In this document: one piece after another, positions 1 to 12,290 of the stretch
How positions within the stretch are numbered: position 1 is the first letter of the stretch
How the letters are laid out: each line of letters starts with the position of its first letter
Assembly: GCF_006345805.1 (NCBI RefSeq)
Contig: NC_043009.1
Coordinates: 14,384,001 to 14,448,000 of the forward strand
Length of the DNA stretch: 64,000 nucleotides
Direction: 5' to 3'
From: Octopus sinensis
Taxonomy: Eukaryota
The notes under the pieces: model-generated
What the model was told of the DNA's origin: nothing
Seen by the model: only the letters and a program-made list of their open reading frames with translations
The model's database searches: none
Made by a program: the position numbers and the translations under genes

Positions 1-670
1 TACACTCATACATACATACACACAAACATACATACATACATATACGCACACACATATACATATAAATACATGAAAATAACCTAATATAAGTAACTGCGAG
101 TGGTTAGTGGAATGTGTATAATTCTCGAAGGAAAATAACTGTTTATTAAATAACACGTAATATAATTTCTTGATTTATTGGTAATAACTCCACTTCCAGA
201 AAATGTAGGAAAATCTCTTTATGGCAATAGACATTGACTCCGATTTAGAGTCCGAGATAATTGCAAGAATAAAGAATACTTTCAACTCTGCGTACCATTA
301 AGGAAAAGGGAATCGGATTGTCTGGAGAATGAAAAAAATACAACGTTTGTTCTGAACGTGCTAAAACACCAACAAACACAGTTAGTCATTTATGCATAAA
401 TACGCGTGTGAGTATGTGTGTGTGTGTGCATGTGTGTGTGCGTTTGTGTGCGTACATGTATGTATAATATTTGTGTACGTTTGAAGTAGAGGTGTAGCGA
501 ATAAGACAGACGTAGTAGCACTTGCACTCGTGCACAAGTAAGATGCAAAATATTCATATGCCTGTTAAGTTGAGGCACCAAAATGGTCGTCGTCCTTGAA
601 CGAAGAACACTTACTACGTTGCACACACACAAAAAAAAACAAACACACGCAAATATATATACTATCTCTC

Positions 671-1070
671 TTTTACTTGTTTCAGTCATTTGACTGCGGC
701 CATGCTGGAGCACCGCCTTTAATCGAGCAACTTAACTCCGGGACTTATTTTGTAAGCCCAGTACTTATTCTATCGGTCTCTTTTTGCCGAACCGCTAAGT
801 AACGGGGACATAAACACACCAGCATCAGTTGTCAAGCAATGCTAGGGGAACAAACACAGACACACAAACATATACACACACACTTATATATATATATACA
901 TATATACGACAGGCTTCTTTCAGTTTCCGTCTACCAAATCCACTCACAAGGCATTGGTCGGCCCGGGGCTATAGCAGAAGACACTTGCCCAAGATGCCAC
1001 GCAGTGGGACTAAACCCGGAACCATGTGGTTGGTAAGCAAGCTACTTACCACACAGCCACTCCTGCGCCT
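671..1070 (-). mobile_element. tRNA-derived SINE, family A (CORE-like segment, internal CA/TA microsatellite), full-length copy
   Basis: Minus strand starts AGGCGCAGGAGTGGCTGTGTGG (A-box-like), then GGTTTAGTCCC (B-box-like) and CATCTTGGGCAAGTGTCTT (CORE-like), and ends GTCAAATGACTGAAACAAGTAAAAG. The same sequence recurs at least 8 times in the window. Confidence 0.85.
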
Positions 1071-1617
1071 ACATATACATACATACTTATACATGTCCTA
1101 TACTTTATTATTTGGCTTTATATATGTATGTTTGTATGTATCTATGTACGTATGTATGTATATAGGGACAGCAGAAAACAGGTGTCTCCACGAATAGGAT
1201 TCCTTCTTTCCATGTAAGCAAATTAAGAAAGCAATAAATTGCTCTTCGCTGTTTTTGTATGTGTTTAACTGCCCTATCCGACATGGAGGAGGACCAGTAC
1301 TTACTCGAAGGCGTTAAAATAGACAAAATCACTCGTCCACAGATGTCTGCTTGTCGCTAGAAGGCCAAACGCTATTCACCTTAATGACACGTCCATTCTA
1401 AAACATTTCTGATTCTTAAAAGTACATCTCCCATTGAACTTGGCACTAATAACTATATTGCGAATATTTTGCCTTTATGTCCAATACTTTATTATTTAGC
1501 TTTATGTATGTATGTATGTATGTATGTATGTATGTATGTTGTATGTATGTATGTATGGTCTATGTACGTATATTGTTATGTATATGATGTTGTATCTATA
1601 TCTATATTCTATCTATC

Positions 1618-1690
<73 letters not shown>

Positions 1691-1878
1691 CGCTGTTTTT
1701 CCTCTCGGTCTACGTGAATTTTTGAGTATATATGTCTGAGAGTTGTTTCTTACAGTAGAAGAAATAGCTAGGTTTTTGGCTACTATTTCTAAAATTCCGT
1801 GTGTTGTGAAGGAAATTTTTTGTCTAACCCTAATTATAATTATACTCATAGTTATAATATATATATATATATGTACAA

Positions 1879-2195
1879 ACAATTGCAGCGTAGAAGTTGT
1901 TTATAAGCCATTTAGAAACACACAAAATCCGTTAGATTCACTTCAACATTTAAATTCATTTTGTCAAAATATTTTCGTTGTTTGAGACTGACAAAACTCC
2001 GTGTTAATGAACAGGTTGCGGTCTCAAAGTGACGAAAATATTTTGACAAATTGAATTTAAATGTTGAAGCAAATCTAATGGTTTTTGTGTGTTTCTTAAA
2101 TGGCTTATACATACCTTCCACGCTGCAATTGTTTTTGTTTCAACATACGATCTCAAATCAAGTCACTTGCTATGCAATTACATCTCCGTAATTGT
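1879..2195. mobile_element. Foldback (palindromic) MITE-like element, copy 1
   Basis: 1879-2132 is an imperfect inverted repeat (ACAATTGCAGCG...CGCTGCAATTGT) with arms of about 115-120 bp. A further ~60 bp on the right is shared with copy 2 at 19965-20305. Confidence 0.8.
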
Positions 2196-2665
2196 ATATA
2201 TACATACACAACACACACATATATATATATATAATATATATATGTGTGTGTTGTGTGTGTGTGTGTGTGTGTGTGCGTGTGTGTGCGTGCGTGTGTATAG
2301 TAATGTGTATTTGCCAACGCAACGTGGCAATCCTAAGAAGGACGGTGTTACTACTTTTCCCACTGGCTACCGTCACATGATCTGTGCCCATATACTGTGA
2401 GCAAAGGAGCCTACTGCTCCCTTTCTAGCTTTAGTGATCTCCTCTCTCTCAATATATATATATACATAAGATATTTATAACGAATATTCGCCACCCTATA
2501 TATGTATCTTATGAATATGTTCTTAGCATTCTCGAAGATTCAGCTCGACATTATATTTATTGCTAACTGTAAATTCGCCTGCGTGCGGTATTTTGAAAAA
2601 TTATAACATATTATGATGGGACTCGTGTTATCTTGTCTCTGAATTATAAGTTAGTTATTGAGGTT

Positions 2666-2765
2666 GGTTACTGACGAGAGTTCGCCTGGTGGATAATATT
2701 GTCTTGCTATTAAAGGATGGCAAGTAATATTATTTGCTAAAGTAATTCGAAACCATGGTATAACC
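2666..2765 (+). ncRNA. Type I hammerhead ribozyme motif with palindromic stem III (Penelope/retrozyme type)
   Basis: Stem I GGTTA(2666-70)/TAACC(2761-65); core CTGACGA 2671-77; stem II GAGTT/AATTC enclosing a long hairpin (ATAATATT..CTTGC / GCAAG..AATATTAT); GAAA 2749-52; stem III A-CCATGG-T; GUA cleavage triplet, predicted cut after 2760. Confidence 0.85.
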
Positions 2766-2935
2766 GTTAAATAAGAAGGTAAAAGTTTTTATTTTTCATT
2801 TACTTCGTAATTTGCTATTAAATTGTGGTTTTGGCCGGGTTGCCTGCTATTTCTAGCATGTAAAAATTACCTGTTAAAGGGTAATTTTCTATTTTGAATA
2901 TGAATATATATATATATATATATACTATATATAGT

Positions 2936-2985
<50 letters not shown>

Positions 2986-4291
2986 CTATATATATATATA
3001 TATATATTTTATATATTATATATATATATATATATATTTATATATTATATATATATATAATACAAATACAAAAGGAAGGAAAAATAACCAAGTCTAGTAA
3101 ATTCTCACTAAATCGAGTATCACCAGCATTCACTGTGACTCGCCGGCATTGAAAACCGATCTAAGATTTACAGGGTAACCACCAGGATTATATATCTTTG
3201 AAACCATTTTGGGAAATTTATGTGTGCATATGTGCGTGAGCGAGCGGTGTGTGTGTGTTTGAAGGTGATTTGCATTTTCAGAACAGATATTCTGTTGGTA
3301 TATACAGAAATCCTGCAATGACAAACAATGTAAAGGAAACGTCAAAGAAAAATTACCAACAAATGGATGGAACTTGAGGAAAAGTGTGAATAAGTAGACT
3401 GCCAATTCCTGTTGAACGATTTTGCTTAAAAATCTCTTCAAATTAACATTTTATGTTTCAACCTCATAAATGTATTAATTTGTTCCTTCCTGTTGATATC
3501 TTCAAAAGGTTAGAATAAAATAAAATACTAGCTGTATATTAAGTTTAAAAACATTGTCACTGTGGCAGAATCGAACGCAAATTTTACATGTTAATTTGAT
3601 ATTTTTCTCAGATAAACTCATTAATTATAGTGTTTCTCAGACAGGAAGACTTATGAGAAAAATATACACGAATTGCTGATAAAATAGATTACTTTCTACT
3701 GTATTTTTGCAAGATTCATGGTTATTCGTCAAATTTGAGCGTCTACTTTATAACGTATGACTGTAAATCCTCTCTCTCCACATAAACAAATTGCTTAGCC
3801 TGAAATGCTGAGATTCTTTTCTGCCATTGTCATGCCCAGTAGTCCAAACTTTACATCTACTAACGTTTATTCTGCTTTCTAATTGGTTTTCCTTATGCAA
3901 TCGTTTCTAGTATTCTACTAAATCTTCTCTGGTAGACTGGCTCTCTATTCCTATACATTAGATATCATTTTGCTGTGATATTTGACTTTAAGCTTTCATC
4001 TTTCTCATTTTAAATCCAGATTTTTTGGTAACATTAGTGAGCCACTGATATAGACAGATTTTTATTCACACCTCATTCCATTATTTTTATTGACACATCT
4101 CTGCTACACTTGACAACAACAGGAATCTTATAATCTTAATTATATTCCCTTCCTTAATAATAGAATGTATATGTATACACATACACACTCAGGAACACAC
4201 ATACACGTATAAAGATAAAGAAACCTCATTCTCCGTATAACTTCAATTTGGAAAACATATATTATATACTCTCTCTACTTTCTTTTACTCC

Positions 4292-4604
4292 CTTTTACTT
4301 TTTTCAGTCATTTAACTGCGGCCATGCTAGAGCCACGCCTTTAGTCGAGCAAATCGCCCTCAGGACTTATTCTTTGTGAGCCGCTAAATTACGGGGACAT
4401 AAACACACCAGCATCGGTTGTCAAGCGATGTTGGGGGGACAAACACAGGCACACAAACATATATATACACACATACATACATACATTCATACATACATAC
4501 ATACATACATACATACATACATACAACATATATATGTACATACACACACATACACACACACACACATATATATACGCACACACATATATATACACACACA
4601 CACA

Positions 4605-4643
<39 letters not shown>

Positions 4644-4812
4644 CATACATATACGACGGGCTTCTTTCAGTTTCCGTCTACCAAATCCACTCACAAGGCT
4701 TTGGTAGGCCCGAAGCTATAGTAGAAGACACTTTTCCAAGATTCCACGCAGTGGGACTGAACCCGAAACCATGTGGTTGGTAAGGAAGCTTACCACACAG
4801 CCACTCCTGCGC
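4292..4812 (-). mobile_element. tRNA-derived SINE family A, copy with expanded internal microsatellite
   Basis: Same head and tail as 671-1070; the internal (CATA/CA/TA)n is about 200 bp. Confidence 0.85.
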
Positions 4813-5291
4813 TCTAATATGTAAAACGTTCTAATAAAATATTAAGAGAATTTTTACTGTAATGAATTACAAGTTGCAATTCACACCATGTTATTGCTTG
4901 AGACAGATATTTTAGCAAGACTCTGTAAATATAAAAGAAATTAAAAATATAGGAATCGAGTAGAAACTGCTTCATAACAAGCATTTAACCATCGAAGAAA
5001 ATTATAATTGAGAAACTTACGTTTAAAAAGGAGCAGTAGGAATGTGAAAAATTTAATCACCATCTTGAATTGGATTTTCAAGTTGTTTATAATCTTGTTT
5101 CTAGATAGAATAGCGTACACACGTGCTGGCATGCATTTCTATACCATCCACACTATAAGACAATGATGTGGCATTCGATCCATATCCCAGTTTCTTTCAC
5201 TATTTATTCACTTCATCTCATTGATTTCTTCTTCTCTATATTTACTCAAGGACTTGTTCACCTGTTTACACATCACTTGTTGTTTATCTCG

Positions 5292-5337
5292 CTAAAACAG
5301 CCATGTTTCTTCTTCAGCCGTAGATATTGTTTGCTTC
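5292..5337 (-). CDS. Candidate terminal coding exon of a speculative minus-strand gene (KQTISTAEEETWLF*)
   Basis: Pyrimidine-rich acceptor TTTTTATTTTTCAATTCCTCAAAG|; phase-compatible with the candidate exon at 5911-5966. No homology recognised. Confidence 0.25.
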
Positions 5338-5910
5338 CTTTGAGGAATTGAAAAATAAAAACATTTGACAAAAGGAACACAAATCCTAAAGCTAAATGAG
5401 CTCAGCTGAAGGGATAGTTAGGTATTGTCAAAGCTTATTTATAAGAAAATATTAGATGAATTGAAAACAAGCAAATGTTTAAAACTACATAGAAAATAAA
5501 CGTAAAAGGTTTATAGCTTTTCAATTTCAATGCTAAAGAAAAATTAACTGAATAAGAACAGAGCTTGCACTCATACTTCTATTATTGGCATCAAAATTCT
5601 ACACGTGAGCCAGAAAATTTAAGGCATTAGAAAAGGAGCTGAAGACGTTCATACTGTATCCGTTACAATAGTAAAATGGCACCAATAAAAGCATAACACT
5701 AGACAAATGAAATATAACACGTAGTTATTGGTAGAAGTAACGATCCATTCTGAACCAGTGAACTGTTCAGCAAACAATTCCGAAAACCACAAAACCGTGG
5801 TGAAAGAATTACACCGAGAAATATATGAAAGAAAGTACAGTTGTAAGCGTTAGTTTCAAATGTCTCTATGGTAATAAGAGAAGTGATTTTAATAGGCCAA
5901 TTAGATTTAC

Positions 5911-5966
5911 CTCCTAATGAACCACTTTGGTGACAGTGCTGATTTATAGCCACATAACCATACTTT
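5911..5966 (-). CDS. Candidate internal exon (KVWLCGYKSALSPKWFIR)
   Basis: Acceptor TTTGCTATTTGTGTTAG| and donor GAG|GTAAAT; open in phase 0 to 2. An alternative acceptor at 6003/6004 gives YFAMQEFAICVRKYGYVAINQHCHQSGSLG. Confidence 0.25.
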
Positions 5967-6100
5967 CTAACACAAATAGCAAATTCTTGCATTGCAAAAT
6001 ACCTACATCTATATAATATAGAGCTTTAAATGCGTAGTTTTATAGAATGCATCACACACACACATATGCACACATGCATACATACACGTATATACACTGG

Positions 6101-6104
<4 letters not shown>

Positions 6105-6176
<72 letters not shown>
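6105..6176. repeat. (AGAT)n microsatellite
   Basis: Perfect tandem tetranucleotide array. Confidence 0.95.
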
Positions 6177-6177
<1 letters not shown>

Positions 6178-6699
6178 AATTATGTGATTTTGAAATTAAG
6201 TACCAAACTCAGACATTCTCAAGAGAAAGGATTTCATAGAAGAGTACAAAGAAAGGTGAATTTGAATACTGGAATATAAGATGATATAAAAGCATAATCC
6301 TTATAATAAAAAACCTATACGAGCAAATGTTATGAAAATATATTTTACATGGAGTAAAATTAATTTCACTTTGGAAGACCTGCTCTGATGCATGCGTTAT
6401 ATATAGACTAGAAACTAGAAACTATGACGCACAATATTGAATAATGGGATTAAATAAATGGTTACCTATGTCTCACAATGAGCACCAAAACAATGATAAT
6501 TTTTCCGAAACTTTTGAGAAAGTGGGTTAGTCCATTACTCCATTGCCTCACTGATAATTGTTTTATTCAACTCGAAAGGAATGAATGCAAAATTCAACCT
6601 GGAAGATGTATTTTATTCGGCGTGCTAATAATGCTTATACCAGCTCACCACAACAGCAACAAAACAACAGCAAGAACAACAACAACATATTCATATACA

Positions 6700-6929
6700 T
6701 TTACATTAGAGGGATATTTGTCCTCATCTTTTTGTTGTTAACACAACGTTTCGGCTGATATACCCCCAAGCCTTCATCAGGTGTCTTGGGGGAAATTTCG
6801 AACCTGGGTTCTCATTCCTAAGGTATTTTTTGATGTTGTTGTTGTTATTATTATTATTATTATTATTATTAATATTATCATTATTATTATTATTATTATT
6901 ATTATATTATTATTATTATATTATTATTA

Positions 6930-6966
<37 letters not shown>

Positions 6967-6986
6967 GTTATTATTATTACTTATTA

Positions 6987-7028
<42 letters not shown>

Positions 7029-7035
7029 CAGATTA

Positions 7036-7068
<33 letters not shown>

Positions 7069-7135
7069 TATTATATTATTTTTTATTATTATTCTATTAT
7101 TCAGGTCATTGCCTGGAATCGAACTCGGAATCTTG
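6700..7135 (-). mobile_element. SINE-like element: Pol III B-box, internal (AAT)n tract and 3' hammerhead motif
   Basis: Minus strand: GAGTTCGATTCC (B-box, 7126-7115), ~270 bp (AAT/AAC)n, a unique spacer containing GGTTCGAAATT, the hammerhead at 6785-6740, then a short tail. No A-box seen, so possibly 5'-truncated. Confidence 0.6.
6740..6785 (-). ncRNA. Minimal type I hammerhead ribozyme motif (Penelope type)
   Basis: GACAC-CTGATGA-A-GGCT(tgggggtatatc)AGCC-GAAA-CG-T-T-GTGTT: 5-bp stem I, one extra A after the core, 4-bp stem II, palindromic AACGTT stem III; predicted cut between 6745 and 6744. Confidence 0.75.
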
Positions 7136-7748
7136 GTTCTTAAAAGATGAAACGTGTTAAAAATGAAAAGGATAGCAAAATAATGTTAACGAAAAATTTC
7201 TTCAAAAGCTTCCTTGGGTTACTCATTGTCTTGCCGCAAAGCCAGGGTCGCAATGACCACTAGGACAAGTGCCCTCTTTACATCGCCCTGCTACAACCTA
7301 CAACCGCATGCTTAGAATAGGTCCTGTCCACTCGGACCATTGTTGTAACATTTACTCACATTTAATCAAAATTACTGAAATGCAGAAATTCCTTCTTTAA
7401 TATCACTCAATTTGTACCTAATTCATCGATCCAGAAAGTTGGGAAGCATCATAGCCTTGTGTTGAATTCTTTGTTCAACATCCTTTCACAACCCTTATTC
7501 AGGGACATTTTGAGCGGGATGGGTTACTCGACTAGAAGGAAATTCTAACTGGGTCCCACCTGCAAGATTATGCACTGTTTATCTTGATATGAGATCATTA
7601 TGTCGCGCACATATGGTTGTCATGCATGTGCCTAGTGTACCTTTATCAAACGAGCAGTCCTGATGGTTAGACTGGACTTCGTATATTTTAACACAGTATC
7701 ACTTTGATGGCATGCACTGTTCTCTCACTCAATATTAATAATAATAAT

Positions 7749-7785
<37 letters not shown>

Positions 7786-7787
7786 GC

Positions 7788-7854
<67 letters not shown>

Positions 7855-7879
7855 TGATGATGATCATGATGATAATAGT

Positions 7880-8350
7880 AGATAATCTCGGAAGCATAAT
7901 GTAAAAGATAAACAATGAAAAAAAAAACACCTGCTTACTTTTAGATATTGCTGTCTTTTCTGAGCAAGACATTGCCCCACAAAATAAGTGAAATTATTAA
8001 AGTAAAAAGACCTAGAAATTGAAGTATACAAGATGTGGAGCATGGAAGTGAAAACAATACCAGTAAGCATTGAACCATTGGCTATGATAAAAATACCTAT
8101 AAACAAAAACGTAAGAGGTATGCCTAAACCCTCAACACTACACGCTATACAAAAAATAGCCCTACTAGGAACAGCCGACATCTAATGCAAGACTCTATCA
8201 ATTCAATATCACAACTCAAATAGAACTAATCACAAATACAAGAGCCTCTCTATACAGTAAATATCAAATTAAATACACGACGCCCACAACATATGCTCTA
8301 CAACATACCTAAGCGAAGAACTCAGCTCTCATTATACAAACAACACATAA
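7880..8350 (+). mobile_element. Dong/R4-clade non-LTR retrotransposon, decayed 3' fragment (RLE endonuclease end and 3' UTR)
   Basis: Translates with lesions as TCLLLDIAV...KDLEIEVYKMW...TIPV...IQKIALLGTADI, matching the intact ORFs at 58765 and 59989. Starts directly after (AAT/GAT)n at 7740-7878. Confidence 0.8.
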
Positions 8351-8509
8351 TACAGACGCCAATAACACAAAGATGGCAATCACCATTACAATTATAAACT
8401 GATGTAATACAATACCGGGAAGATCCTGCATTCCACACCACCACCAACAACAATGAAAAGAACGAACAATGTAGCACTTCCAGCAACACTCGATAAGATG
8501 GCAAACTAC

Positions 8510-8557
8510 GAGGACGACAACGACGATGATGATAATGATGACGATGATGATGGTGAA

Positions 8558-8589
<32 letters not shown>

Positions 8590-8639
8590 CGATGATGATG
8601 ATGATGATGACGACGATGATGATGACGACGACGACGACA

Positions 8640-8679
<40 letters not shown>

Positions 8680-8795
8680 CGATGATGATGATGATGACGA
8701 TGATGATGAAGACGATGATGATGATGATGACGATGATGATGATGATGATGACGATGATGACGATGACGATGATGATGGCGATGATGATGATGTGA
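8510..8795. repeat. (GAT/GAC)n microsatellite
   Basis: Long trinucleotide array; explains the poly-Asp and poly-Met ORFs. Confidence 0.95.
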
Positions 8796-9399
8796 ATAAT
8801 TATGTTTTCTTCGCCATTAGAAAATAGAGAGAAATATAAAACCAGAGCTTACAAAGACGTTTGGAGTGATTACCAAAGAAGGCAATAAAGCGTAAAGTAT
8901 AATATAACCGAACAAATTAACAATGTATACAGCATACATTTTCACGGAAATTAATGAGAAAACGCACGATAAACCGCACAACAATTAAAACATGTGCTGA
9001 TAAGTAAACCCTACTTCCTTGATAACACCCACGCATTGCTTCGTCGAATTACTCTTGATGGTCGGAGATTCTGGAATATTCTATGTGTTCTCGTGTTGGG
9101 CACGTAATCGGCCATGTTTTCAGCATCGTTAAAGTCTATATAAAATTGAACAACCATTCACTTTTTTATGGTGTTTAAAACGTGATCCCATTTCATGCTC
9201 GAGGGATACATTTTTTTTTAATATATCTTGTGTATACTGTCTAAGTGTCTTTGTATTTTTTACATTTTCTTGAACGATTATTCTTGAAAATGTCTGTGAA
9301 TTTCGTTTCCCTCAGGACAGAAATAAGTGATGTTTTTCTTTGCTGGAGATGTACGCCATCTCTCTCATATTTTACCTTTGTTTTCCCTGCTGAGTTTTC

Positions 9400-9640
9400 C
9401 TACTTTCCTTCCTTCCTTCCTTCCTTCCTTTCTTCCTTCCTTCCTTCCTTCCTTCCTTTCTTCCTTCCTTCCTTCCTTCCTTCCTTTCATCCATCCATCC
9501 ATCCATCAATCCATCCATCCATCCATTCATCCATCCATCCATCTTTCCTTCTTTCTTTCCTTCCTTTCTGCCTTCCTTCCTTCCTTCCTTCCTTTCATCC
9601 ATCCATTCATCCATATTTCCTTCCTTCCTTTTTTTCCTTT
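9400..9640. repeat. (CCTT)n/(CCAT)n compound microsatellite
   Basis: Tandem tetranucleotide arrays. Confidence 0.9.
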
Positions 9641-9669
9641 CTAATCATCATCATCATCATCATTATTAT

Positions 9670-10750
9670 TTACATTTAATCTGCGTGTTAGTTACAATCA
9701 CTAGTCGAGACACATCCAGCGTCCTAGGGCGAGTGCAGGATAAGAGATGTTACAGTATGACTGAAAGTTTGGGGAGGTTAAGTGGCAGGGGTAGTAGCGA
9801 AATATCTTAATGCAATACAACACAGACGATTAAATTGATAGGATTTTTCTAAAGCTGTGGACAGTACTTGACAGCACAATCTTTTGGATTTCCCTTCCCA
9901 TATTATCTAGACGTTTTTCACATCCCTTTCTTATCATGCCTAAAGCACCCACAATAACAGGCACAATTCTTGCTTTAAGATGCCACATTATTTGTATTTC
10001 AATTTCCAGGTCCTTATATTTACTTAATTCGTGAAATTCCTTTACAGATACATTTTTATCAGTGAGAACACTTACGTCTAATAATCTACAAGTATTTTCT
10101 TCTCAGTGCTAAATGACAATGTCTGGTAGATTATCTGGATCATTCTGTCGGTGTTGAATGAAAATTCTCAGACGAGAGTGACATTTTTACATTCAACGAC
10201 TAGCTCCGGGTGATGTTCATACCAGTAAGCATAAGTTTTGATTTTGTAGTGTTTACATATTTTCCAATGTAAATACCGCTCTACCCTATAGTGGTGATTT
10301 TTCTATTCGTTTGGCTTCAGGACAGGACATCCCGAGATGAGATGGCCTACTGTTTCGTCAAATGTGACGCAGTATCTGCATTTAAGGTCAGAACCGTTTT
10401 GAAGAACGTTAGCCTGGTACATTTTGGTTAGCAAATGTGCGCCAATAGGAAACCTTCGGTCTCTGCTTTCAGTCCCGAGCATCTCAGTCACTGATGGTTT
10501 GTTGCTAGGTGTACGTCAGCATTTCTGCTTCGAAGCATATACTGTCCGCACAGAGGCTTCTGGCTCCAGCGATCCTTAATTTGCTTCTGCCCGTTCTTTT
10601 TTGCAGTCTGATTGATCCGTTTTTCTTGTTTGATGGCAGAGGTTTCGTTTTCTTGCAGAGTTTTCTTGAGAATTTGCAAGCTTCTTTGACAATAGAATGT
10701 GATTTTTTTCTCCTTTCGTGTTTGCACAGAAGTCACAGCATCGAAATGTA
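9670..10750 (-). mobile_element. Dong/R4-clade retrotransposon 3' part (post-RT, zinc knuckle, RLE, 3' UTR)
   Basis: Minus-strand frames give KHERRKKSHSIVKEACKF, WSQKPLCGQY, CRYCVTFDETVGHLISGCPVL and VPVIVGALGMI; the 3' end runs into AATAATAATGATGAT. Confidence 0.85.
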
Positions 10751-10754
10751 TGAT

Positions 10755-10944
10755 ATCATAATAAACCTTCTATTTTATATGAATTATCTGAAGCTGTTTT
10801 AATTTTTAGAAGAGCTAATAAGGCTGTTAACAACTCTTAAAGCGTTCAGCAACGAGATCGGGATGGATTTTGGATGACATTGTCATGGATATCGCGATAG
10901 ATATAACATATCCATTGCAATTGTATCTCGCTCTTTGTCTTGTC

Positions 10945-11007
<63 letters not shown>

Positions 11008-11012
11008 TGATG

Positions 11013-11065
<53 letters not shown>

Positions 11066-11070
11066 TAATA

Positions 11071-11111
<41 letters not shown>

Positions 11112-11378
11112 AATAATAATAAAGCAACTTTTGTAAGAAGTGTGCTCAAACAAACATCTTCCATTAATTAGATACCGACACTACGATCAAAGATCTTGAC
11201 CCACAAGAAAGCTATAAATACCTGGGAATAAACGAAGGAGATTTATACAAGATGCTACTGTGAAGGAAAAATAAGAAAGTTGTATTACAGCAGAGTAAAA
11301 TTCATTAAAAAATGAACTCAACGCCAAAAATTGCATCGAAACCATTAACCCCCTGACACGTCCAATAGTCCCCTATAG

Positions 11379-11382
<4 letters not shown>
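10755..11382 (+). mobile_element. Dong/R4-clade RT C-terminal segment, inverted relative to the adjacent 3' part and split by an (AAT/GAT)n insertion
   Basis: INLLFYMNYLKLF (decayed YMDDLKL) at 10761-99; LLTTLKAFSNEIGMDFG to ~10880; insertion 10881-11120; then KATF...IKDLDPQESYKYLGINEG...ETINPLTRPIVPYSF to 11382. Confidence 0.8.
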
Positions 11383-11422
<40 letters not shown>

Positions 11423-11440
11423 TATTATATTATATTATTA

Positions 11441-11471
<31 letters not shown>

Positions 11472-11550
11472 TATTATTATATTATTATTATTATTGTTGT
11501 TGTTATTATTATTATTATATTATATTATTATTATTATTATTATTATTATT

Positions 11551-11582
<32 letters not shown>

Positions 11583-11599
11583 TGTTATTATTATTATTT

Positions 11600-12290
11600 T
11601 GCCAAAGTTTGCTTCTCCCATCGACCTCGCTTCGGTTCCCATCTTGAAAACTGGATGGACTTGTTGTTGCATGAAGTGAGTTTCCTAGTTGTTTCTCGTT
11701 GTTGTTGTGACTGATAGCCCATGTCTTTATCAGTTGTAGCTGTGAGGACATCCTTCTGAGTCTCATGTCGCAATCCTGGATATGAGGATGGGAAAATTTT
11801 ACTTGCTGACTCATAAAGTATGCCGGTCGTTTATCCTAGGGCCGATAATCTTCAAAAACGCTTTTTATCGATTGTTCTTTGGATTTTCTGTTGGAAATCT
11901 TTCAGATGGAATTTTCTCCCGCATATATAATTGCTAGGTTATCCCTATTAAAAACTGAGCTTCAAATTCTTTCTCCCATTATTCACTAAAGAGTTCAGCT
12001 CCAATACAGTTTCGTATTGACTGATAATCGATATTTGACATCAACCACCTATCTCTTTTCTATATGTTCCTTCTCCTCCGGTCCTGCGAATGCAGGTAAT
12101 GGGTAGGTTCTATTTAGGCTTACACTTTTGCCTCATCCTCCGTTTGAAAGATGTCGCATATAGGAGTCGTATGCCATACCTTCCCCAATGCATGATGATT
12201 CTCTTAACATATCCGCCGGAGCTGTTTCTAATTCTAGCTTGGTTTGAATCAGAAAACCTGTTGTGTGCTTAACAAAAAAAAAAATAATAA
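11600..12290 (-). mobile_element. Possible decayed N-terminal region of a Dong/R4 element
   Basis: Weak recalled similarity only: SYMRHL and QDRRRRNI*KRDRWL resemble the GYxKR and DQxRxIxKxxWL N-terminal motifs of R4-clade ORFs. Ends in (AAT)n on the minus strand. Confidence 0.35.

Noticed and set aside
1300-1360. Minus-strand mini-exon RQADICGRVILSILTPS with a GTAAGT donor
   Set aside because: Cannot be linked to anything, and such sites arise often by chance in AT-rich DNA.
4891-4903. TTATTGCTTGAGA matches the first 13 nt of miR-137 as I recall it
   Set aside because: The match stops at 13 nt and I see no precursor hairpin.
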